Shown one piece after another: positions 54,210 to 64,000 of a DNA stretch of 64,000 bases. The position numbers and the translations under genes were made by a program. The stretch is from the human T2T-CHM13v2.0 reference genome, Homo sapiens: the NCBI RefSeq assembly GCF_009914755.1, contig NC_060940.1; one strand, written 5' to 3'. Within the stretch, counting starts at the first letter, position 1. Each line of letters opens with the position of its first letter. A model generated the notes under the pieces. It was not told where the DNA came from, made no database searches, and saw only the letters and a list, made by a program, of their open reading frames with translations.

Positions 54210-54390
54210 CCCAAAAGGCTGCTCCGCAATGCATGTGCTGTGGGGTATACTTTAGAAGCCTTTGTCTTCCATTATGGTCTTCGATATAATAGAGCGGGAT
54301 GGTCTGAAACCTCCTCCACCCTACAGAAAATATGATTGGATCTCGGGACTTGAGGATTTTCTTATACCAGCGATGTTTCTTCAGATGCAT
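54210..54390 (-). pseudogene. BMS1P: BMS1P exon ~17 (181 nt)
   Basis: [29 protein letters not shown] bounded. Confidence 0.92.
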
Positions 54391-54474
54391 CTGAGGGGGA
54401 TGAGAGTGTAAGATGATTGATGGAGGGGAAATCCACAGAGCCTTAGGCACCAAATATGCAGCAAAGGGACCCAC

Positions 54475-54663
54475 CTGCACGTCTCCAACATTTCCCTCAC
54501 TGTTGCCCAAGCCACCCAGGATAATGGGGTAATGGGGGTCAAAGTTCTGCACAAATTCACAGGGAACATTTTCAATCTCAACGCGGACGTACACCCCAGG
54601 CCGAAAACCCTCATATGGAACTCTGGCTTCATCATCTTGATCTTCAAATTCTGTGCGATTCAG
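54475..54663 (-). pseudogene. BMS1P: BMS1P exon ~16 (189 nt)
   Basis: [25 protein letters not shown] bounded. Confidence 0.92.
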
Positions 54664-54808
54664 CTGTACATGACAGGGGGGGAAAAAAACCTGTATGCTG
54701 TTATCTGTAATAAACATAGGATTAACATGAACAAATGAGCAATTTCTAAGTAAAGGAACTGTGGACAGAATTATGTAGGCTTTATCCTATTAAAAATACT
54801 ACACATTT

Positions 54809-55113
54809 GGCCGGGTACAGTGGCTCATGCCTGTAATCCCAGCACTTTGGGAGGCTGAGGCGGGCAGATCACATGAGGTCAGGAGTTTGAAACCAGCCTC
54901 GCCAACATGGTGAAACCCCATATCTACTAAAAATACCAAAATCAGCTGGGTGTGGTAGTGCGTGCCTGTAGTCCCAGCTACTCAGGAGGCAGAGGTGAGA
55001 GAATCGCTTGAACCTGGGAGACGGAGGTTGCAGTGAGTCAAGATCATGCCACTGCACTCCAGCCTGGGCAATAGAGCGAGATTCCATCTCAAAAAACAAA
55101 AAAACAAAAAAAA
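54809..55113 (+). mobile_element. AluS
   Basis: TSD ctacacattt. Confidence 0.93.
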
Positions 55114-55439
55114 CCTACACATTTTACCTCTACAGTCTGTTCAGAATATGTCTCAACCGTTTTCTTCTCTCCTGCTACAAGGCACGGCAAATGTAGATAA
55201 CTGTGGAGCCCTGCGTGCTTGAACACTGGAAACATCCCCAGTCCACACCTTCTTTCCTTCCTCTCCAAATAATTCTTTCACACTTTTCCCTTGTCTTCAA
55301 ACACCCACCACCATCCTCACCTTCACTCAGCTGATGGCTGTTTCCTGATTCACTCCAAAACCAAAAGAACCTCTACGGTCAACCCTCTACCAGGGTTTCC
55401 TCCCATATCCAGCCTTATCAGAGCTCTGACCTGGCCCAT

Positions 55440-55625
55440 AGAGGAGCTATGTGTGGCTATTTAAATTAAAATTAATTACTATTACATAATATTTAAAATG
55501 CAGTTCCTCAATCACACTAGTCACACTGGAAGTGGCCCATATCAACCTGCGGCCAGTGTTACAATATTGGGAAGCACAGACGTGCATCTCCATGATCACA
55601 GAAAGTTCTATGGGCAGCTCAGGCA
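55440..55625 (-). mobile_element. MER3 hAT MITE within L2 remnants (55130-56600)
   Basis: gtggctatttaaattaaaattaatt..cagttcctca..cagaaagttctat. Confidence 0.7.
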
Positions 55626-57408
55626 CAGATGATTTGTTCATGCCTCTACTCAGGGCCACACATCACTTGCTCACTAGACACCATCCACTCTTCCTGGACT
55701 TTATTCCAACAGCTCTTCCCTCTGTTCTCTCTCTTTTCTCAAAACCTTTTGATTCCACTTCTTCCACCAACAACTGCTTCATTTCTCTGCTTCTCTCTGC
55801 AGCAAAACCCCACAAAAGTTTTCTGCAGTTGCAGCCTCCAGTTCCTCTGCTCCCATTCTCCTACATCCATGAAAATTGGTGTTTGCCAAGATCGCTGAAG
55901 GCCTTCAGGCTGAAGGACTCCTCCAGTGGTCAACTCTGCCTTCACCGTAGTTAACACAGCAGGGGATCTGAACGGTGCTTCGCCTCCGTGTACAACTGGA
56001 CTCCTGCATGCCTGCATGCTCACACTGCTTCTCCCTCTCCCTCCTAGGCACTGCTCAGGCCTCACGGCCGCAATCACCCCATCTCGCCCATGCCAGTCTT
56101 GCTCCTCCCAGTCACTCTGCACTCACTCCCCGGCCACCTCACAGCATTAAGTGGCATCTACATGCTGAGGGCTGTACATCTAAGTCCCTGGCCAGACCTG
56201 TCTCTCCAGACTTGACACTCCGCTTGTCTGCATGATACCCAGCCGAACCAAACATCATCTTCCCAAAACTACATCTGCAGAGGGTTTCCTATCTAACCTG
56301 CAACAACCCATCCTTCCAGGAACTTCCAGTCGCCATCCTCATTTCCTCTCACACACCCCACATTCAGTCCACCAGGAAATCCTACTGACCCAGCTTCCAA
56401 AGAAACTCTATCCAGGTTTGACTCTTTGTCTCATCTCCACTGCCAGCCCTCTGGTTTGTGCCACCAGACTGATCTCTACCAGACTGATCTCTTGGCAAAG
56501 TGATCTGATTACCTGAATGTCTCTCTTCTGCTCAAAACCCTCCAAGGACTCCCATTTCAGAGTGAAACATTCAGTCTTTTCCAATGGCTCACAAGGCTCT
56601 GGGTAGTTTTAAATTGTAAATGGTGTGAAGCAAAAACTTCAGTTAGGCTAGTCATGCCTTTCAAAGGTCAACACAGACTAGCAACCACTAAGTTAATGCT
56701 TAATCAGGAAACAGTACTTTGACTAGATGAAGACCTAGGATGAAACTCCATTTCACAAATCATATACCTAATCTGTTCCAGCTTACACAGGCACTCCTGG
56801 CCTCGCTAACAAGACGCAACTCAGATGCTCACCATCAACTGTACACATGTTTCTGTGTCTGTCTCCTTCAGAGTGAGATCACTGCCTCCAACAACCTGCT
56901 CAGCACCCCCAGGCTGGAGGGCCACACCATCTCCCTTATCTCCGCATCTGACCTTATACTCCACATGTCCTTCTGAACTCTGACCAGGATGAGTTTTCAG
57001 AGCACTTCCCCTGGGAGCTCTGGTGTGTCCATAAGCCACACGGGCCACTGATCACCTGCCACTCAAATCAGGGAGCAGCGATCAGAATAGGCAGCATTGG
57101 CTTGCACTGAAATGAACACACTGTCTCAGATCACTACATTGTAAAAGTCTCAAAAGTAGAGACCATGTTTCAGTCATTTCGGTTTCCTAATTCTTGTTAC
57201 AAAATAGGTATGGATCTTTTTCTGGTGACCTTCTGACTGTAGAAACAATGAGCTCACTGCATGAATAAACACACTCACATGCATCTACCCAGGAGTCCAA
57301 ATGAAAGGCACAGAAGCAGGATAGGAAGCAGGGACCCAAAGAAAGTCAGGGATTCCTGCACTATGTGATAGTCTTGACAAGGGGCTGAGAGGAACTGAGG
57401 TTTCTCAC

Positions 57409-57580
57409 CTGTGCTTGTTTCTGCATTTCTCCTTTAAGATCATCAAAATATGTGCTTTCTCCTTCATCATATTCCTCATCAAACATCTCCTTCAATTTTC
57501 TCTTCTTATCCAAATGCTTTTTCTTGGCACTTTCTTCTTTGTCGGGGTCAATTTCTTCCTTGTTTCTCTATATCTTCATT
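57409..57580 (-). pseudogene. BMS1P: BMS1P exon ~15 (172 nt, frameshifted)
   Basis: NEDIEK / KEEIDPD..GEMQKQAQ|gtgaga; phase 0-0 exon whose length is not divisible by 3. Confidence 0.88.
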
Positions 57581-58225
57581 CTTAAATTTCCAGAAGAAAA
57601 AATTTTGTGTATGTTTATGAAGGTCTTTTCTTTAAACATTAGATTTTTTAAAGTTCTATTTAAACAAAAATCTTAGCAAAAATCTGTTACCATTATCAAT
57701 AAAATGAAACAAACCACAACACAACCTTTTTCTCTGAATAACATGGTACTGCTACAGGAAATTGTTACATCTGCATTACAATTAGCTGCTATTCCTTAAG
57801 CTGGCTGGGAACACAAACTAGAATAAAAATAACAGACATGTCCCTCACCCAGATGCTCCCAGAACCTGTTCTAAAGAAATATTAGGGAGAACAGGGACTT
57901 CATTCATTTAAATGACACTTAAATTTAAAAAGAGGAGAATGATGGCAATGGTTGAATGTAAGTCTGAGAAGCTAAGACTTCTGTGAGTGAAAAATCACAG
58001 TGGACTTGGCAAATGACTATGGCAAGAAATGGTAGTAACTGTCGTCCAAAACTTAACAAGTAAACAAGAAAGCTTCTCTTTGGTCCCCACATCCCCACCC
58101 TTTAGGAAGGAATCTATCCATCCAGTCTGCAATCTTCACACATCACAAGTAAGATTTGCATTTCTCAATGTGGGCCTCTCTCAGAACACAATGACCAAGA
58201 ACAGCCAGCTACGACAAAGTCATAC

Positions 58226-58299
58226 CTGAGTATCGGGGCCCGATTTTCCCTTGTGCACGTCCCCTGTTTCCAAGTCTTCAAAGTCACCATAGAGCTCCT
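58226..58299 (-). pseudogene. BMS1P: BMS1P exon ~14 (74 nt)
   Basis: ttcccag|AGGAGCTC..ACTCAG|gtatga; ELYGDFEDLETGDVHKGKSGPDTQ. Confidence 0.9.
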
Positions 58300-58579
58300 C
58301 TGGGAAAAGAACACCCAAAGGCTGCTCTGTGAGCCAGGCATGCATGTGCTGCTGGCCCCACCCACAACAGGCCCACAATGCGCTCCACGTTCCAAGCCTC
58401 ATTCTCACTGTTCCCGTCACTACACACACAGGCAAAACTTTACACTAGGGAATGCTTCGTAGAACAGTTAGTATTTCATCATCTGTTTAGGTAAACTAAA
58501 TGGACCCAATCCACATTTCCGCACTTCATGTCAAAATCCCAATCTCAATTTTTCCAGTATAGATAATGGACACTCTTTT

Positions 58580-58875
<296 letters not shown>

Positions 58876-59192
58876 ATGGACACTCTTTATGAAAGACACA
58901 GAGGTCTATCTGTGTCCCCCAAGCGAATAATTCAAAGAGTGAATGGAAAAGTCCCATGCTGATAACCAGCATATGTGAAAAGGAGTCTCAATGTAAGTTC
59001 AACACAACGCAATCATGTAACACACCTAGGGGAAATTTTAGATTATATAAAACATAGCATTTAGATTAACAGTAGAGCCCCAAACCACACCAAACCCATG
59101 GGAAGAGCTTATTCACTCATTCATTCCTTCATTTGTTTTTGGAGCTCTGGGCTCAATTATAGTTCCCACTCTTAGAAGAAATAGACAAGTAA

Positions 59193-59335
59193 GGCTGGGT
59201 GCAGTGGCTCACACCTGTAAACCCAGCACTTTGGGGGCCCGGGAGGCAGAGGTTGCAGTGAGCCATAATTGCATCACTGAACTCCAGCCTGGGTGACAGA
59301 GTGAGACCCTGTCTCAAAAAAAGGAAAACAAAAGA
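59193..59335 (+). mobile_element. Internally deleted Alu
   Basis: Left-arm start joined to right-arm end at 59237; TSD gaaa(t/g)ag(a/g)caagt. Confidence 0.85.
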
Positions 59336-59719
59336 AAGAGGCAAGTTAAAACTCATTTGGGAGAGCAATGTTTAGAAGGCTATTAAAACATTTTCACATA
59401 AGGGCCAAAGAACCAGGTAGACGTTATAAAAGATAGGAAGCTCCTATTTGTAATAAAAGCAAAAAAAGATAAAATAGGAATAAACCTAACAAGAAGTGCA
59501 CTGGAACTTTATTTTTTTAAAAAAGAAGAAAAGCTTTAATATGCTACCAAAGGACAAAAGGAATAGCATCACTACCAACACTCGTAAGTGCTCTCCACGC
59601 TAGGCACTGCGTTAAGTACTTTCCTTGCCTTAACCACATTCTTCAACCTAAGGAAGTAGGTGTTGTAAATATTATTTACTGAATAATGATATGTCCTCAT
59701 TTGAAAAGAAAGACTCGAC

Positions 59720-62700
59720 ATCACAAATACGCCAATTCTCCCTTTAGCACAGTTACAACCCGAAACCACCACTAAGGATTTCTGGTCTAGAGAAGATAAT
59801 ACATTATACCCTCCTAAGAAATGTAACCCAAACTCTAGAAATAATAGACAGGAGATGATCAATGGAGAATTCCGAAAGGTGGACAGAAAAAGGCTGCTGA
59901 GGGACTCTAGGACTAGGGAATGCATAGTGGCCAGGTGTCTCCCTGGACCTCATCCAATAGGAAGGTGACCCAGGCCCAGAGTTTCCCAACTCCTAACGTA
60001 GCAATAGAAGGCAACCCAGGCAGACTCAGTCCCCGCAGATCAAAGGAGATCTTCCCCACAACAAGAAAACCAGCTCCACACACCAAGACAACCACCATTC
60101 CCCACCCATCTAGCTGCAGCAGGTGGCCCAGCCTGGGGCAGCTCCCCTGTTCCCTCAGGTGGGCAACAGCAGGGACTGGTGGGAGAATCCCAGTGATACA
60201 TATAAGCCAAACAGACCAAAATAACACCATGAAGGCTCTGAAATTAAATTGCCATTGGAATCTCAGCCCACAAAATAGACCAAGACCTACAGACTAAACC
60301 TAAACAGGAAGACTGCCTGCAAAAATAAAAAAATTACATAGGCAGATGTTGGAACCATCTGACTCATCACTTATAACAGTCAGTATAAAAGTGCTTCAAC
60401 AAGCAACTACAAATGCTATTGCAACAATCAAAGAACTGAAAACATCAGCAAAGAAACTGAAGAAGAATCAAATGGAAATTACAGAAATATGAAATACAGT
60501 AACAGAAATTTTAAAAAAATCTAACTGGATGGGCTCTATTGAGTAAAAGTGGAGACGACAGAGGAGACAATCAGAGAAGCTGAAACCTGATCAACAGAAT
60601 TCACCCAGCCTAAACAATAGATAGGAAATAACCTGAAAACAAATGAACAGAGCTGCACGGACCTGTGAGACGATAACAAAAGACCCCACATTTATGTTAT
60701 CTGAGTCCCACAGGAGACCAGAGCTGCGAAAGCATGCAAATAACTAATTCCTGACACTTCCCACATTTGGTGAAAGATATAAACTTACAGATTCAAGAAG
60801 CTGAGCAAACCTCAAAGTATACCAAAAGAAAGCAACACTGATTAAACTCTCAAAACTAAAAACAAAGACCAAAAATGGCAGAATGCCTGTAGGGACACGC
60901 CAACTCAAATGCCATGGAGGCCAGAAGGAAGTGGCACAACATTTTCAAGTGCTTAAAAAAAAACAACCAAACAAAAAACCAACCAAACAAAAAAACTGTT
61001 GGCTGCAAATTCTATATCCCATGAAACTACCCTTCAGAAATGAAGAGAGAAATAAAGACATTCTGAGAGGAAAAGAATATAGGAATTTGTCACCGGTCAA
61101 TTTAGAAATGCTAAAAAGTGGCTACAGAAATATGTTGTGTCATTTCCACAATACAAAAAATTAAAACAAAAAAATCAAAATAAAAAAATGGCTACAGAAA
61201 GTTCTTATGCAGAAGGGATGAATATGGGACTATGGGAGGAGGGACAAAGGAAAGACCAGAAATGTGGATACATACGCGAGACAATCCACAGTTCTTAAAA
61301 TCACATTTGACGACTGAAACAAAAACTATACCACCACCTAATACTCAAGCCAGTGATTTATACAAGTGGAAAAGGTAAAGAGACATAAATGCAAGGCAGG
61401 TTTCCACACTTTGAAGTGGTAAATACTGGTACCAGTAGACTACTATATTACAATGCACATATTGTTAACATCCAGAGCAAACACTTTAAGACTATACAAA
61501 GAGATACACGCAACAACATTATACAGAAATAGATCAAGATGGAGGGAAAGAAAAAGGAAACAACAAAGCAAATAATAAAAACATCAGACATAAGCAATTA
61601 TGTAACAATAAGCACCTTAAATGTAAATGGTCTAAATAAACCAAAAGACAGATTGATGGAGAGCCTATAATAAACACATGGTCCAACTAAATACTCTTCA
61701 TAAGAAACTTCAAACTCACTTAAGGTCCTAAGTAGGTTGAAAGTAAAAGAATGGAGAAAGATATCCTGTGAAATCGTTAATTTTTTAAGGAAGCAGGAGT
61801 GAATATATTAATATCTCATGAAGTAGACTTCAAGCAAAATAATTTACCAGAGCTGGAGAGGGTCTTGGCTGAATTTTAAGATCTAAAATTTCCTATGCTG
61901 TCTTGACATCTTTGAGCCTCACAGGGCCCCAAAGGCCTAGCCGTAGGTTTTCCTATTTCTACCAGACACCCCCTACCCCGCCACCCAACAGGAAAGGCTC
62001 CCCACCTGGCTAGTTCTTTTATCAGCCAGAACAGTTGCACCTCAGCCTAAAAAGTTTCACTTCACCTGTCTGCCAGCCCATGAATTTATTCAAACAAGCC
62101 AATTGCATGCCCCCTTGGGAACCATTGATCATTGTGTGCTCTTGTTACTACCAAGCCTGCCTGCTTCCTCAGCCCGCAGCCCTCACTCCGATACAGAGTG
62201 CGGTGCCCATCTGACCCTGTGTGGCATGCAGTGTCCTCCTCTGAGCTGTGGGTATATGTGACTAAAACACTGCTGTCAATCTCATCCATCCACGCCAGGC
62301 GTCGTGTTCAGCCATCTCCTACACTTTAGGGCAGGGACCCCTCCTTCACCAATGGGGTGAAAAGGAAGTGACCCTAACAACTGCTTAATGACAAAAGGAT
62401 TAACCCACCAAGAAGACATCTACTTCAACATCCTCCTCTTAGCAACTGTTAAAACTAGGCAGAGGCCGGGCACAGTGGCTCATGCCTGTAATACCAGAAC
62501 TCTGGGAGGCAAAGACAAAGGATAGCTTGAGGCCAGGAGTTCGAGCCTGGGCAACATAGCAAGGCCTCACCTCTCCAAAAAATTTTAAATTTAGCCAGGT
62601 GTGGCGGCACACACCTATAGTACCAGCTACTCAGGAGGTTAAGCCAGGGGAAGTACTTGAGCCTAGGAAGTCAAGGCTGCAGTGAGTCTTGTTCGTGCCA

Positions 62701-62905
62701 CCGCACTCTAGTGTAAGTGACAGAATGAAACTAGGCAGAAAAGGAGCAAGGATTTACAAAAGATCTGAACAGTTCAACCAGCAAAATCTGACATCCGTAT
62801 AACACCCCACTCCCCAACAGCAAAACACACACATTTTTAAAGCCAATAGAAATCTACCAAGATGAAGTACATTTGGGGCAATAAAAGAAATCACAGCAAA
62901 TCTCG
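59720..62905 (+). mobile_element. Old L1M 5'/ORF1/ORF2-start remnants, interrupted by an LTR and AluJ (62464-62740)
   Basis: acttacagattcaagaagctgagcaaac; ILYPMKLPFRNE; caccttaaatgtaaatggtctaaat. Confidence 0.75.
61862..62379 (+). mobile_element. MER74-like ERVL solo LTR
   Basis: 3' end ctgctgtcaatctcatc..ccctccttcaccaatggggtgaa..aaca resembles recalled MER74; family uncertain. Confidence 0.6.
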
Positions 62906-64000
62906 CTGTGCGGCCCTTGGCGCCAGCACCGTGCGCCTCTCTGCGCCTTGTTTTCTCACCACGGGGAAGCATTTGGGGGCCTCTTGAGGGACCCCCTAGA
63001 TGCTTCTACTCAGAGCCCCCAAAGCCGGGGAGCCTCCACTCCTCTGTCTGCAGCCTCCCCTGTCGGTTCTCGCTACCCAGGGTTCAGTGGCCTGGGGGCT
63101 GACGGAGGGGGTCGCCTCTGCCAAGGCCCCTTCCGGCGCCTCCCTGGCTCATCCAGCCCACCTCCCTCCCACGCTGGCTTACGCAAAGTGCTCTGGTCAC
63201 CAGGAGCCCTTCCTGACCAGTCCCGGCACCTCCTTGGCCTTCGCCCCACCTGGCCTCCCCTGGAGCCCTGACCTGGGTGACGGGCCTGCTGGGTCCAGAG
63301 CCCACCCCGCCCTGAACAACCCCGAGTCTCAGCCACCCTCAGTTCTTACCCTTTCACAGCTGGGGAGTGGAGCCTGGGCCTGCGCCGGCGCCGTGGGCCT
63401 CTCCGCGCCTGCGCCGCCGCCGTGGGCCTCTCCGCGCCTGCGCCGCCGCCCTGGGCCTCTCCGCCGCTATCTGCTTCTCCGCCGCGCCGGCGCTGGCGCT
63501 GTGTGCCTTTGCCAGGGCGAAGCTGCGTTCTCCTCAACACAGACCCGAAGAGCATCGTGAGCGCGGAGCTGAGTTCTACTCTGCACAGACTTCGGAGATA
63601 CAGCGAAGGCAGAGCAGTGTTCTCCTCAGCACAAACCCGGACGGGCGGGCCGGTGGCACCGCGAGGGTGGAGCTGCGTTCTGCTCTGCACAGACCTTGGG
63701 GACACTGCCTCGCTTTGGGACAACTCGGGGCCACATCGAGGGTGAATAAAATCCTTCCTGTTTGCAGCCCTGTTTGCGGTTGGTGGCAGCGATGGACACT
63801 GCAGCCAGCCACAGCGTAGAAAGGCGTCGGGGTAAGTGCGCTATCCAGGCTGCACTGCGGGTGGCCTGGGACGGGTTGGGAGCCCTATCTCAGGCGTCAC
63901 TGCCTGTCCTGGGTGGCTGTTTGGGTGTGCTATCTGGGGCTGTGATGCCTGCACCAGGGGGGGTGGTTTAGGGGCCCAAACCGGGGCTGCACTGCCTTTG
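62905..64000. promoter_or_regulatory. CpG island, candidate bidirectional promoter
   Basis: CpG-dense; NRF1-like GCGCCTGCGC at 63405 and 63434; donors AGG|GTAAGA (minus, 63349) and GGG|GTAAGT (plus, 63832). Confidence 0.65.
63378..63770 (+). repeat. TAR1 subtelomeric repeat: 3 x 29-bp units and 4 '37-bp'-type units (TERRA-promoter repeats)
   Basis: GCCTGCGCCG(G/C)CGCC(G/C)TGGGCCTCTCCGC x3 (63378-63464); AGCTGCGTTCTCCTCAGCACAGAC-like units at 63521, 63567, 63613, 63671; gacaactcgggg..gtgaataaaatcc..tgcagcc as in TAR1. Confidence 0.9.

Noticed and set aside
54199-54717. 172-aa single-exon CDS
   Set aside because: Read-through of two BMS1P exons plus intronic sequence, not an independent gene
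56463-56492. 15-bp tandem duplication ACCAGACTGATCTCT
   Set aside because: Ordinary slippage duplication within intronic L2 remnant
59193-59335. Fused Alu as the BMS1 duplicon 5' junction
   Set aside because: Matching TSD-like flanks (gaaatagacaagt/gaaagaggcaagt) indicate an internal deletion of one Alu; the true junction cannot be placed without alignment
63378-63770. CRISPR-like spaced repeats, and the 125-186 aa ORFs over them
   Set aside because: Eukaryotic TAR1 tandem repeats with no unique spacers or cas genes; ORFs arise from GC-rich repeats

Overview
Human genomic DNA (an almost perfect, human-specific AluYa5 is present) with the structure of a segmental-duplication mosaic; no intact protein-coding gene is supported. 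1-20.4 kb is AT-rich and Alu-poor: a near-full-length dead L1PA, old LTR/L2/MIR relics, two strong CTCF motifs and a candidate RFX enhancer. From ~20.4 kb, starting at a TSD-less trimeric Alu, the sequence is GC- and Alu-rich: old L1s, an LTR-less ERV-L dUTPase relic, a heavily interrupted Tigger2, an orphan CpG island and a U6 pseudogene. 43.5-58.3 kb (minus) is an unprocessed, 5'-truncated BMS1 pseudogene with 10 exons (about BMS1 exons 14-23, numbering from recall) and intact GT-AG sites, disabled by a frameshift, a CGA>TGA stop, an exonic AluY and an 18-bp deletion. The right end (62.9-64 kb) is an interstitial subtelomeric TAR1 cassette (29-bp and '37-bp' TERRA-promoter repeats) with outward-facing splice donors on both strands. 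The best hypothesis is that this cassette acts as a bidirectional promoter supplying a first exon to the promoterless BMS1 copy. Repeat subfamily names and BMS1 comparisons come from recall of consensus sequences, not from database searches.
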